A program made the translations under genes and the position numbers. Under the pieces are notes generated by a model. It was not told where the DNA came from. It saw nothing but the letters and a program-made list of their open reading frames with translations, and made no database searches. A stretch of DNA of 64,000 nucleotides. Origin: Armatimonadota bacterium (GTDB lineage: Bacteria > Armatimonadota > SYMT01). The stretch lies in assembly GCA_041690135.1 (NCBI GenBank), contig JAWLHY010000004.1, forward strand, positions 1-64,000, in the 5' to 3' direction. Positions 20,620 through 30,600 of the stretch are shown here, in pieces; within the stretch, counting starts at the first letter, position 1, and each line of letters starts with the position of its first letter.

Positions 20620-21579
20620 TTACAAGTACCGGCGCGGAATTTCAGCCCCGGCCACATAGTTCAGCTTACCGAGCCGGCACATCTGGTAGACGTTGATCCG
20701 GAAGTCCGGGCAGGTACTCACCAGGCAGTAGGCGTCCGTCGGCGTGTAGCCGTAGTCCGAAATGAGCCAGTCCATCAGGTTGACCGTAGCCGTTTCGACC
20801 GCCACCTCCAGCGGCCGGAAGGCATAAACGGAAACGATGGAGTCCGGCTTTTCGATCCGCATCCAAGGCACTCGCTTTCCCTTGATCAGGTCCAGCTTCA
20901 CCCGCACCGTCGCCTGCGTCTCGGCGGCGGTGCCGGTGAACTCCGTGTCGCCCTGGCTGGCGTGGACATCCCCCAGGTAGAAAAGGGCGCCCGGATGGAA
21001 CACCGGGAGCAAGATCCGATGGCCCGGCCGCGCGTCGCGGATGTCGAGATTCCCGCCCCACTCCCCCTGTCCGTCGATGCTGGTCGTGACTTCCCGGTCC
21101 GGCGCCACCCCGAGGGTGCCGATGAACGGCGTGATCGGCCAGGAGATCCGCTCATTGAAATGGAGCGTGCCGTCCCGAGTGGTCCCACTCGGGCCCGGTG
21201 TGTGACGGAAGATGCGGGTGGTGTAGTCCGAGGAAAGCTCGGGCCAGCGGGTCGACTCCCCCAGGGGTCCCCGGCGCGGGCCGATGGCGATCCACGAATA
21301 GTCTCTCACCTCGATCTCTTCGATCGTTACCGCCAGCGTGTCGCCGGGTTCCGCACCTTCCAGGTACACGGGCCCGCCGATGGGGTTGGCCAGCGGCGGG
21401 TAACGGTCGAAGCCGGGACGGCGGGCCGGGATCGCACGGTCGTCCTCGGACCGGAAGTAACCGGTGCTGGCATCATACGTCTCGATCTCGAAACTCTCGC
21501 CGCATGCCACGCGCAGCAACGGCTCGTCCCGCCAGTCGAAGGCGTACTTGCGGGCCTCTTCACGGTGGATCTTCTTCAC
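20620..21579 (-). CDS. Acetamidase/formamidase family protein
   Basis: GPVYLEGAEPGD, PFIGTLGVAP, GGNLD, GDVHASQGD. Confidence 0.88.
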   Translation of the reverse strand: MKKIHREEARKYAFDWRDEPLLRVACGESFEIETYDASTGYFRSEDDRAIPARRPGFDRYPPLANPIGGPVYLEGAEPGDTLAVTIEEIEVRDYSWIAIGPRRGPLGESTRWPELSSDYTTRIFRHTPGPSGTTRDGTLHFNERISWPITPFIGTLGVAPDREVTTSIDGQGEWGGNLDIRDARPGHRILLPVFHPGALFYLGDVHASQGDTEFTGTAAETQATVRVKLDLIKGKRVPWMRIEKPDSIVSVYAFRPLEVAVETATVNLMDWLISDYGYTPTDAYCLVSTCPDFRINVYQMCRLGKLNYVAGAEIPRRYL

Positions 21580-21875
21580 GGGGCGCTCCTGGATGGGGTG
21601 TTCGGGTGGTCAGGTGGTCAGGTATTCGGGTGTTGGTGTTCGGGTTGGGGATGCATTTGGGAGCGTGGCGGTGGAATGCACCGGACATTTGGCCGCGCCT
21701 TGTGGATCATGATGCATTGGGGAGCAACGGGATGCCGCGCGGAGGTGCGGGAGATCACCCTCCGCTTGCGGAGACCGGCTAGGTACCCCGTGGTTCCGCT
21801 ACCTTTCCAGAGGTTTCCCCGTTAGCAAACGCGGTTCCTGTATCGAGAGTGAGAATCGGGGTAGGATTTCCGTTT

Positions 21876-22943
21876 ATGGCTGATAAGATCTATGGTTTCG
21901 GCATTCTCGGCGCCGGAGTCATCGCGCCGACCCACTGCAAAGCGATCCGCGCGCTCCCGAACGCCCGTCTCGTGGCATGCTGCGACACGGACGGCGTGAA
22001 GGCGGAGAAGCTCGCCGCTGACTACGAGATTCCCCACGTCTACACCGATCTCCACCAGATGCTGGAACGGGAAGATGTGGACGTGGTGCAGATCGTCACC
22101 TGGAGCGGGGTGCACGCCGAGCAGGGGCTGGCGGCCGCGCGGGCGGGAAAGCACGTCATCGTGACAAAGCCGATCGACGTGCGCCTGGACCAGATCGATG
22201 CCCTCATCCGGGCCTGCCGCGAGGCCGGAGTGAAACTGGGCGCCATCCACCAGTTCCGGTCATACCCCGCCTATCGACGCCTGAAGTCCGCGATTGATGA
22301 AGGAAAGCTCGGGCGGCTCTACCTGGGGAACGGCTTCGTCAAATGGTGGCGCAGCCAGGACTATTACGATAGCGCCACCTGGCGCGGCACCTGGAACCTG
22401 GATGGCGGTGGAGCGCTGATGAACCAGGCCATCCACTACGTGGATATGCTCACCTGGCTGATGGGCCGCCCCGCCAGTCTCCGAGGGTACCTGGCGACGC
22501 AGTGCCACGACATCGAGGTGGAAGACTGCGCGACGGCGGCCATCCACTGGGAGAACGGCGCGATGGGGACCTTCCAGGGCACGACCTGCACCTACCAGGG
22601 CCTACCGGCCCGGATCGAGGTCCACGGCGAGCGGGGCAACGTGGTGATCGAGGGCGACCAGATCGTCCTCTGGAACGTGGAAGGCGATCCGCTGGAGAAG
22701 GGTGAGGCCGGCGCGGGCAGTGTCGCCCATCCCACCCAGCACCTGGGCCTGGGGGTAGAGGCGCACGTGGAACAGATTGCCGACGTGCTCTCCGCCATCG
22801 AGAAGGGCGGGGAGCCGGCCCTCAACGGCGAGGAAGCCCGCCGCGCCGTGGAGCTGGTGCTGGCCGTTTACCACTCCGCCTGGACCGGGGAGACGATCCA
22901 CTTCCCCCTGAAGCACGACCCGCTTCCTCCGGCGATGCTGTAG
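21876..22943 (+). CDS. Gfo/Idh/MocA-family oxidoreductase
   Basis: GILGAGVI, GKHVIVTKP, WRGTWNLDGGGALMNQAIH. Confidence 0.9.
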   Translation: MADKIYGFGILGAGVIAPTHCKAIRALPNARLVACCDTDGVKAEKLAADYEIPHVYTDLHQMLEREDVDVVQIVTWSGVHAEQGLAAARAGKHVIVTKPIDVRLDQIDALIRACREAGVKLGAIHQFRSYPAYRRLKSAIDEGKLGRLYLGNGFVKWWRSQDYYDSATWRGTWNLDGGGALMNQAIHYVDMLTWLMGRPASLRGYLATQCHDIEVEDCATAAIHWENGAMGTFQGTTCTYQGLPARIEVHGERGNVVIEGDQIVLWNVEGDPLEKGEAGAGSVAHPTQHLGLGVEAHVEQIADVLSAIEKGGEPALNGEEARRAVELVLAVYHSAWTGETIHFPLKHDPLPPAML

Positions 22944-22960
22944 GGAGTGATCGGTGGAGA

Positions 22961-23360
22961 GGAGCGCGGGCGTCTCGCCCGCCGGTGGGGGTTATCCGCG
23001 AATTGGGCGAATGATGCGAATGGACCCCCCGGGGAGTTGCGGAAGGGAAGGTCGTGTTCGTACACCCGGCGCAGTACGGGGCATATGGCCGCCCCCGACC
23101 AGGATCATTCCGCCGCACCCGGAATGCATTCCCGTAGACGACGCCGGTGGGGCGTGCGTCTCGCCCGCCAGGGTTCGATCACGATCAAGATTACGATCAC
23201 GATCACGATCACGAGAGCGGCGGCGAAAGTGGGGCGGGCGTCCCGCCCGCCAAAGTTGGGGACAAGGGATGGTGCGATTACCTCGAGCGCCACGATCGGG
23301 GCCCAACAGCCGTGAAGTTGTTGGCGCTTGCGGGATCCGAGATCGAGATCGCAAGCCCCC
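22961..23360. repeat. Cluster of REP-like palindromes and GATCAC microrepeats
   Basis: GCGGGCGTCTCGCCCGC (~22966), GGCGGGCGTCCCGCCCGCC (~23233), (GATCAC)n at ~23177-23213; the same palindrome recurs at 57.9-58.4 kb. Confidence 0.65.
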
Positions 23361-23740
23361 GACTGCTCGTCGGGACTCCCCTCTCCCCCATCACGGTTTG
23401 AAAGTAACCCAGGTAGGATCAAAGTCGAGGAGCAGGGTGCGGTTCGGGTTCGCGAGGGCGGACCGTGGTGCCGGACGGGTGCGAGGGCATAGTCCTGGTC
23501 GGCGACGGCCCTATGCTCCGCCGGGTGTACGGGCCGACCCTACCCGCTCATGGTCGCGTGGTGAAAGGGCCTGGCGGTAATCACGCGGCAGGTCCTTACC
23601 CACAACCGCACCCGTTAACTAACCACGCAGCCGGCCTGGCAAAGGTAAGGGAACGGTTTACTGAAAGAACGGGGGCGACGCCTGCCCCACTTTGCGACTA
23701 CTGTCCAACCCTTTTCCTTATCGTTATCTTTATCTTTATA

Positions 23741-24031
23741 TCAGTCCGCCCCAGCGGGGAGCTCGCCCTGCCAGTGGTCGAGGAGCAGCAGGGCGTCCGT
23801 GAGGGCGGCGTGAAGGCGACGCGCTTCCGCCGGAGGTCGCTCGTAGAGGCCCGAGCCCTCCGGTTCCAGGACGAAGCGGGTACCGTGGCCGGCGGTGTGG
23901 AGGACCAGCATCTCCCAGCCGCTCTCTTCCTCATCCGGATCGGTCCACACGAGCGAAGCGGTGGCGGTACTCCCGTCGCGGGTGAGCCGCCAGCCGCGTT
24001 GTTCAAGCTCGAGAAGCTGCTGCTCCGTCAT
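23741..24031 (-). CDS. Small hypothetical protein (96 aa, MTEQQLLELEQRGW...)
   Basis: ATG overlaps the uppP stop (ATGA coupling). Confidence 0.55.
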   Translation of the reverse strand: MTEQQLLELEQRGWRLTRDGSTATASLVWTDPDEEESGWEMLVLHTAGHGTRFVLEPEGSGLYERPPAEARRLHAALTDALLLLDHWQGELPAGAD

Positions 24032-24879
24032 TTCTGCATGAAGTACATGCCGATGCAGAACGCCCCCACCAGGAGGCGGTAACCGATGAAGAAGGAGAGG
24101 GTGCGGGTGCGGAGCCAGCGCAGGAGGAAAGCGATAGCCATGTACCCGGTAATACCTGCGATCACAGCGGCCAGGATCATGCTCTCCAGTTCCCCCGGTT
24201 GGAGCGGGTTGGCCCCTTTCAACAACTTCAGCGTCTTGTAGCCCGTCGCCGCCAGCATGATGGGGGTCATCAACAGAAAGCTGAAGCGCGCCGCAGCCTC
24301 CCGGGTGAGGCCGACCAACAGCCCCGCCGTGATGGTCGAGCCGGAGCGGGAGACTCCCGGAAACAGCGCGCAGGCCTGTGCGAAGCCGACGAACCAGGCA
24401 TCGGGCGTGCGGAGGTGTTCCAGGTCGCGCATCTTGCGGCCGATCGCCTCCGCCCACCCCATCAAGAGGCCGACGAAGATAAGTGCCAGGCCGATCGCCA
24501 GGTAGGCCCCCCGGAACTTATCCGGCTGCGCCAGCAGTTCGATCTTATCTTCCAGGAGCAGGCCGATGACGCCGGCCGGAATGCTCCCGAGGAGCAGGTA
24601 TTTGACGAGCCGCTCATCCAGGTCGTCGCTCACCTGCCGCTTCTGTACGATGCGCCCCGCCGCCTGCAGCATCCGCATCCAGTCGGCGCGGAAGTAGATC
24701 AGCACCGGCACGACCGTCCCGATCTGGATGATCGTGTCGTAGGTGTGCGCGATCACATCGCGGGGGGCATTGATGGGGAAGACCTGCGGTGCCAGAATCA
24801 GGTGCGCGGTGCTACTCACCGGCAGGAACTCAGTGAGCCCCTGAGTGACTCCTAACACCAGCGACTGCGGTATGTCCAA
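24028..24879 (-). CDS. uppP: Undecaprenyl-diphosphate phosphatase
   Basis: QGLTEFLPVSSTAH, PGVSRSGSTI, AARFSFLL. Confidence 0.93.
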   Translation of the reverse strand: MDIPQSLVLGVTQGLTEFLPVSSTAHLILAPQVFPINAPRDVIAHTYDTIIQIGTVVPVLIYFRADWMRMLQAAGRIVQKRQVSDDLDERLVKYLLLGSIPAGVIGLLLEDKIELLAQPDKFRGAYLAIGLALIFVGLLMGWAEAIGRKMRDLEHLRTPDAWFVGFAQACALFPGVSRSGSTITAGLLVGLTREAAARFSFLLMTPIMLAATGYKTLKLLKGANPLQPGELESMILAAVIAGITGYMAIAFLLRWLRTRTLSFFIGYRLLVGAFCIGMYFMQK

Positions 24880-26083
24880 CTTCGGTTACCTCGGGATTGA
24901 TACGGGGACGGGGCTTCCGGGGCCCGGACCATCGCACACGCCGGTGCGGCCGCACGTAGAAGTAGTAAAGCAGCAGCTTGATGATTGCCGCCACGGGCGC
25001 GGCGAGAAACATCCCCCACATCCCGAAGAACTGCGCGCCGATCAGCAGGACCACGATGACCACTGCCGGGTGCAGGTGGATCCGGTAGCCGATGATCTTC
25101 GGCATGATCACCTTGCTCTCGATCAGGTGCATCAGGCTGAACGCCACGAGCACCGCCACGCCCTTGTCCAGGCCCTGCAGGGTACTGACCAGGACGATGG
25201 GGATGCCGCCGATCACGGGCCCGATGACCGGAATCACGCGGGTGATCGCCGCCACGACGGCCATCGCGAGCGCGTAACGGATGCCCAACGCCGTCATCAG
25301 GATCCACACCACGCCGCCGGCAATGAGCGCCAGGATCAACTGGCCCACCGCGTAGCTTTGGAGGATGATGCCGGTCTGCTTCAGCAGGTAGAGGCCGTCC
25401 TTCAGGCGCCTTCGGGGCAGCAACGCGGTGAACTCCCGCTTGAGAGGCCGGCCTTCCGTGAGGAAGGAGAACGCCAACACCGGGATCAGGATCAACTCGA
25501 CGATCAGCATTCCCGACTCGAGTGTTTGCGCCAGGAGGTGCTCTACCTGCGGTCCGATGCGGGCGCCCAGGTCGGCGAATCCGTGCTGTTCGATCGTCTC
25601 GCGGATGTTCGGCGGCAACTGCTGGTAACGAATCTGCAGCCACTCGACCTTGGTCATCCACACCTTTTGGTAGGCCGACCAGTTTTCGATGAGCGACGAG
25701 ACTTCGGTAACCAGCGGCTTGATCATCAAGAAGCCGACGCCCACGAGCGCGGCGGCCAGCACGATGAACACCAGGCTAGCCGCCGTCCCCCGGCGATAGC
25801 CGCTCGGGAGGGGCCGCAGGAGAGAAGAGCGCCGCAGCCAGTCGACGGCCGGAGCCGTGGCCAGCGCCAGCATCGCCGACATCAAGATGACGACGATGAT
25901 GAAGCCCACCTGGTGCAGGAAGTACAGCAGAGCCACCACCAGCCCGATGCGCAGGAGCAGCATCGAAGCCGAGGCCAGCCAGCTATCCGCCCGGGTCCGG
26001 CGGACCTCCGGGTTGGGGGTAAGGTCAGGCGCGTCCAAAGTAGTCCAGGAGGATCGAACAGATGCGTGACGCGGCCAGTCCAT
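24830..26083 (-). CDS. AI-2E family transporter
   Basis: Multiple TMs, IPVIGP, LHPAVVIVVLLIG..FGMWGMFLAAP; start uncertain. Confidence 0.85.
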   Translation of the reverse strand: MDWPRHASVRSSWTTLDAPDLTPNPEVRRTRADSWLASASMLLLRIGLVVALLYFLHQVGFIIVVILMSAMLALATAPAVDWLRRSSLLRPLPSGYRRGTAASLVFIVLAAALVGVGFLMIKPLVTEVSSLIENWSAYQKVWMTKVEWLQIRYQQLPPNIRETIEQHGFADLGARIGPQVEHLLAQTLESGMLIVELILIPVLAFSFLTEGRPLKREFTALLPRRRLKDGLYLLKQTGIILQSYAVGQLILALIAGGVVWILMTALGIRYALAMAVVAAITRVIPVIGPVIGGIPIVLVSTLQGLDKGVAVLVAFSLMHLIESKVIMPKIIGYRIHLHPAVVIVVLLIGAQFFGMWGMFLAAPVAAIIKLLLYYFYVRPHRRVRWSGPRKPRPRINPEVTEVGHTAVAGVRSHSGAH

Positions 26084-27176
26084 CCCCGTAAGGATTGACG
26101 GCCCGCGACATGGTCTCGTACGCCTCAGTATCGGTGAGAAGGCGGCTCGCCTCCATGATGATCTTATCCGGATCGGTGCCCACGAGAAGCGCGGTACCGG
26201 CGGTTACCCCTTCGGGTCGTTCCGTCGTTTCGCGCATCACCAGCAACGGCTTACCCAACGCCGGCGCTTCCTCCTGGATTCCGCCGCTGTCGGTCAGGAT
26301 CAGGGTCGACCGCTTCAACAGGTTGATCCAGGGAATATATTCCTGCGGCTCGATCAGGGCCACCCGGTCCTCGCTGCCGAGTTCCGCGCGGATCACGTCG
26401 CGGACGGCCGGGTTCTTGTGCATCTGAAAAACGCACTGCACGTCGGGAAACTTGCGGACCAGGCCGCGCACCGCGGCGCAGATCCGGTGAAGCGGCTCGC
26501 CGAGGTTCTCCCGGCGGTGAGCCGTCACCGCCACCACGCGGCGCGGACCGGAGGTCAGGCGGTCCAGCTCCTCGTCTGCGAACCGGTAGGGGCGCGCGGC
26601 CACCTCCAGAAGGGCATCGATCACGGTGTTGCCGACCTGAAAGACCCGTTCGGCGGGAATCCCTTCCCGGAGCAGGTTCTCCACCGCCTGGCGCGTGGGG
26701 GCAAAATGAAGCTCGGCGAGAGCGCCCGTCAGCCGCCGGTTGATCTCTTCCGGAAACGGATCGTAGCGGTTGTCCGTGCGGAGCCCCGCCTCGATATGCC
26801 CGACCGGGATCTGGTGGTAGAAAGCCGCCAGGCTGGCCACGAACGTGGTGGAGGTATCGCCCTGAGCCAGGAGAATGGAAGGCCGGACCTCCGCCAGCAG
26901 CGGGTCCAGGCCGTTCAGCACGCGCGAGGTGATCTGCGCCAGGCTCTGGCCCGGCAGCATCACGTCGAGATTGTGGTCCGGAGTGATCCGGAACACGTCC
27001 AACACCTGCTGCAGCATCTCTCGATGCTGCCCCGTCGAAATGACCACCTGGCGCACCCGCTCGGGATACCTGGCGAGCTCCAGAATCACCGGGGCCATCT
27101 TCAGGGCGTCCGGCCGCGTGCCCACGATGGAGGCGACCGTGATCGGTTCTTTCAAGTTGTCCTTCATCGGCTCCAT
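26025..27176 (-). CDS. wecB: UDP-N-acetylglucosamine 2-epimerase (non-hydrolysing)
   Basis: GTRPDALKMAP, TGQHREML, HIEAGLRT, TDSGGIQEEAP, NPYGDG. Confidence 0.93.
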   Translation of the reverse strand: MEPMKDNLKEPITVASIVGTRPDALKMAPVILELARYPERVRQVVISTGQHREMLQQVLDVFRITPDHNLDVMLPGQSLAQITSRVLNGLDPLLAEVRPSILLAQGDTSTTFVASLAAFYHQIPVGHIEAGLRTDNRYDPFPEEINRRLTGALAELHFAPTRQAVENLLREGIPAERVFQVGNTVIDALLEVAARPYRFADEELDRLTSGPRRVVAVTAHRRENLGEPLHRICAAVRGLVRKFPDVQCVFQMHKNPAVRDVIRAELGSEDRVALIEPQEYIPWINLLKRSTLILTDSGGIQEEAPALGKPLLVMRETTERPEGVTAGTALLVGTDPDKIIMEASRLLTDTEAYETMSRAVNPYGDGLAASRICSILLDYFGRA

Positions 27177-27183
27177 CACGAGA

Positions 27184-28176
27184 TCAGGAACGGACGGAAA
27201 GCGCCAGCGCCACCAGGCAGAGACTGAGACTGATTCCGTACAGGATCAGGACGGTCTGACGCTGGCTGTACCCGCGCGCCAGCAGGCGATGGTGAAGGTG
27301 GCTCTGGTCCGCCTGGTAAATGGGACGACCGGACCGCCACCGTTTGAAAATGACCGCGGCCGTATCGAACAGGGGCAGCGCCAGGATCAAGATCGGCACG
27401 GCGACCGCGGCCGCCACAGGTGCTTTGAAGGCGCCGACCGCCGAGATGCTGGCGAGGATGAACCCCACCACCTGCGCTCCCCCACCCATAAAGATCCGGG
27501 CCGGGTTGAAGTTGTACGGTAGGAAGCCGAGCAGGCTCCCGAAGAGGGCCGCCGCCAGGATCGTCAGCGCCGGCTGCTTGCTCCAGGCCGCCATCAGGGC
27601 CAGGGTGAATGCGCCGATCCCACTTACGCCGGCCGCCAGCCCGTCGATGCCGTCGATCCAGTTCACCGCGTTGGCCACCCCAACCAGCCACAACACCGTA
27701 ATCGGATAGGCGAGCCATTCCAGGTGGATCATGCCGCCGCCGAACGGGTTACTGATAAAGGCGATCTCCACCCCGAACGGGATCACCAGCACGGCGCAGA
27801 GGAGTTGGATGATCAGCTGTTTCCCGGCGGAAAGCTCCCACCGATCGTCGATGGCGCCCACCACGGTGAGGATGAACCCGGCCAGGACCACGCCAATACC
27901 GGCTCGCACGGCGCGCGGCGCGACCGGGCGGTCGAAACCGAAGTGGACGATCAACGCTCCCACCACCAGCGTCAGCGCGAACGCAGCGAAGATGGCCAGG
28001 CCGCCCCAGCGCGGAATGGGCTCACGGTGGACATCCCGCGACCGCGGCGCATGCGCGGCCCCACACCGGAACGCCAACTTGCGCACCAGGGGGGTCGCCA
28101 TCGCGGAGAGGGCCGCCGCAATACCGGCGCTAAGCGCCGCCACACCGAGATAAAACAGTGGATCGCTCATCAACAT
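27184..28176 (-). CDS. WecA/TagO-type undecaprenyl-phosphate GlcNAc-1-P transferase (GT4/MraY family)
   Basis: PIPRWGG, GAIDD, NAVNWIDGIDGL, NFNPARIFMG, HLHHRLL. Confidence 0.9.
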   Translation of the reverse strand: MLMSDPLFYLGVAALSAGIAAALSAMATPLVRKLAFRCGAAHAPRSRDVHREPIPRWGGLAIFAAFALTLVVGALIVHFGFDRPVAPRAVRAGIGVVLAGFILTVVGAIDDRWELSAGKQLIIQLLCAVLVIPFGVEIAFISNPFGGGMIHLEWLAYPITVLWLVGVANAVNWIDGIDGLAAGVSGIGAFTLALMAAWSKQPALTILAAALFGSLLGFLPYNFNPARIFMGGGAQVVGFILASISAVGAFKAPVAAAVAVPILILALPLFDTAAVIFKRWRSGRPIYQADQSHLHHRLLARGYSQRQTVLILYGISLSLCLVALALSVRS

Positions 28177-28345
28177 CCCTATTTGCGCCGGTAGTCTTCG
28201 CAGATCCGGGCATGGGGACGGGTCCGTTGCCGGCAGTCACGCGGGTTGTTGTACTTGCAGGAGTGGCACAGAACCGGTTCAATCCCCAACCGGCGCCGCA
28301 GCTTACGCCACCATTCCCGCAAGTGGTAAGGGAGTGTCATCAGGG

Positions 28346-29437
28346 TTATACGGAGAAGCGGATGTTCATGCAGTCACCATCCTGCACTACATACGACTTC
28401 TGCTCCAGCCGGTACAGTCCCTGCTCTTTCGCCTGCTTGGCGCCCCCGGCCTGAACGAGCGCCTCATACGGAATCACCTCGGCGCGAATGAACCCGCGCG
28501 CGAGGTCGCTGTGGATCTTCCCGGCCGCGGTTACGGCGTTGTCCCCTTTATGGATCGTCCAGGCGCGCACTTCATCCTCGCCCACGGTAAAGAAGCTGAT
28601 CAGCCCCAACAACTGGTACACCGTGCGGATCAAGCGGTCGCGCCCACTCTCACTGACCCCCATGGCTTCCAGGAACCCCGCCTCTTCTTCAGGGCTCAAC
28701 TGGGCGACTTCCATCTCCACCGCGCCGCAGATCTCGATGACCGGCGTACCGGAACGCTCGGCCCAGGCTTGTAGATCCGCCATCTTCGGGGAGCCCCCGG
28801 ACTGCAGATCGTCCTCGCCAATGTTCGCCACGATCACCACCGGCTTCCGGGAAACGAAGTCGAGGTGCCGAATCGCCTCGTCCTCCGACGCGGACAGTGT
28901 GAAGGAAGAGAGCGGTATCTCCTTCTCCAGGTGCTCCCGGATGCGATACAGCACTTCCTTCTCCGGCCCCGTTTGCTGTCCCTTGGGCTTGGCGCGGTCC
29001 TGCTTCTCCATGCGCTCCAGCCGCTTCTCCACCAGGTCCAGGTCCGCCAGGATCAGCTCTGCCTCAAGGTTGCGGTAGTCCCGCACCGGGTCGATCCCGC
29101 CTTCCGGATCCGGGACCGCGGGGTTCTGAAAGGCCCGCACCACCACGACCAGCGCATCCGACTGGCGAATCTCCTGCAGGAACTGCGGTCCGAACACGTT
29201 CCCCTTGCCCGTGGACATATTGCCGGCGCCGTCCACGAACTCCACGGAAGCCCGCGTCTCCTTCCGGGGACGGAACATCTCCACCATGGCGTCCACGCGA
29301 CGATCCGGCACCTCCACCACGGCTACCTGGTTATCGCCACCGAAGCCGCCGGTCCCTACCTTAACGGGTTGGCGGGTCAGGGCTCCGAAGAGCGTGGTTT
29401 TGCCGACCTGCGGCAGTCCGACGATTGCTACCTTCAT
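28346..29437 (-). CDS. ychF: Ribosome-binding ATPase YchF
   Basis: VGLPQVGKTTLF, FFTVGEDEVRAW, AGKIHSDLARGFIRAE, YVVQDGD. Confidence 0.92.
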   Translation of the reverse strand: MKVAIVGLPQVGKTTLFGALTRQPVKVGTGGFGGDNQVAVVEVPDRRVDAMVEMFRPRKETRASVEFVDGAGNMSTGKGNVFGPQFLQEIRQSDALVVVVRAFQNPAVPDPEGGIDPVRDYRNLEAELILADLDLVEKRLERMEKQDRAKPKGQQTGPEKEVLYRIREHLEKEIPLSSFTLSASEDEAIRHLDFVSRKPVVIVANIGEDDLQSGGSPKMADLQAWAERSGTPVIEICGAVEMEVAQLSPEEEAGFLEAMGVSESGRDRLIRTVYQLLGLISFFTVGEDEVRAWTIHKGDNAVTAAGKIHSDLARGFIRAEVIPYEALVQAGGAKQAKEQGLYRLEQKSYVVQDGDCMNIRFSV

Positions 29438-29568
29438 ATTCCCGCCTCTACTGTGCCGTTCCGGGCCGCCGGAGTTCGCAGCCGCTCTCACTCACAAAAA
29501 CAGTCCCGGACACTGGGTCCGGGACGGTTCAAGCATACCATACGGAATCTCATCTGCGAAGGGTGCCG

Positions 29569-30108
29569 CTAGTGCACCTCGGTCGACAGATCAAGGCCCG
29601 GCATAGTGGGTAGGTAGATCCTCCACACCTCGTTCTTCTGCCCCTGCACGTACTTCGCCAGGCTGATGTAAGGGACGAAGCGCGGCCGGCGCGGCTCCTT
29701 GCGCAGCTTCATCCCGGAATGCTGCAGAAGCTTGTCTCCCTTCTTGGAGTTGCACTTCCGGCAGCAAGTCACCAGGTTCTCCCATGAGGCACGTCCGCCG
29801 AGGCGCTTGGGGATCACGTGGTCGATGGTCAACTCGCGCCCTGTCGTACCGCAGTACTGGCACTGATAGTCGTCACGCGCGAACACGCTGCGCCGGGAGA
29901 GCCGGAGCTCCGGCAGCGGACGGCGGACATGATGCCGCAGCTTCAGGACGGAAGGAGACGGAAACTCGCCGGCATAGGTCCGGATGTTCCGATCGCTGCA
30001 ATGCAGCACCTCGGCCTTACCCAGGTGGATGAGGCTGATGGCGCGGCGCACGTTGCAAACGTTGAGCGGCTCGTAGTCGCTATTAAGAACAAGTACCTCT
30101 CCGTCCAT
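29569..30108 (-). CDS. HNH endonuclease
   Basis: VLVLNSDYEPL, RDDYQCQYCG, TIDHVIP, WENLVTCCRKCNSKK. Confidence 0.92.
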   Translation of the reverse strand: MDGEVLVLNSDYEPLNVCNVRRAISLIHLGKAEVLHCSDRNIRTYAGEFPSPSVLKLRHHVRRPLPELRLSRRSVFARDDYQCQYCGTTGRELTIDHVIPKRLGGRASWENLVTCCRKCNSKKGDKLLQHSGMKLRKEPRRPRFVPYISLAKYVQGQKNEVWRIYLPTMPGLDLSTEVH

Positions 30109-30133
30109 GGCTGTAGCCCTCTTCTCTTTTATT

Positions 30134-30242
30134 AAAGAAAAACCCGTCTGGCCGATACGACCAAACGGGCTTTGACTACGTAACTAACGCAAAACAAGCG
30201 TCTGTATGCTTAAGCTGTCGTCAAGCAACCGTAGTAAGCCCG
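30134..30242 (-). promoter_or_regulatory. Attenuator (terminator hairpin plus antiterminator) upstream of the HNH gene
   Basis: Hairpin 30143-30169 with U-tract 30134-30142; minus-strand CGGGCUUACUACG (30242-30230) can pair with CGUAGUCAAAGCCCG (30180-30166), 13 bp with a 2-nt bulge. Confidence 0.65.
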
Positions 30243-30342
30243 CAAAGCGACCCGGCAGCAACCGGCCCCGCGTATCCACGCGGTTCCAGCCTTTGCTGCG
30301 AAGTCTACTTGCTTCAGTTGTGTACCCGTGTACAAAAACCAT
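30184..30342 (-). CDS. Putative leader peptide (52 aa, MVFVHGYTTE...IQTLVLR)
   Basis: AGGA RBS, lies between a sigma70 promoter and the terminator, overlaps the antiterminator. Confidence 0.45.
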   Translation of the reverse strand: MVFVHGYTTEASRLRSKGWNRVDTRGRLLPGRFAGLLRLLDDSLSIQTLVLR

Positions 30343-30395
30343 GTTAGTCCTGCTGCCTGCCCGCCCGAGTGGCAGGTACAAATGCAGCCATTGCA

Positions 30396-30424
30396 AGTGT
30401 AGCAAAGCGACCGAACGGCGTCAA
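30396..30424 (-). promoter_or_regulatory. Sigma70-type promoter
   Basis: TTGACG-17 nt-TACACT on the minus strand. Confidence 0.6.
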
Positions 30425-30600
30425 CCCATTCCTGCTTTTGGGCTTGCGAGTACCCGCGAGAAACGGGCGCGAGTTTACGCGACGCCTTCTCCGGAAAAAA
30501 GCCGATGCGGGTATCGCCCGCGCTCCAGCCCGGTGCGGCGCGCGGCGTACCGGACGACGGGATGGACTGGGGGAGCCACAGCGAGCCGTGGCGGGAGGAG

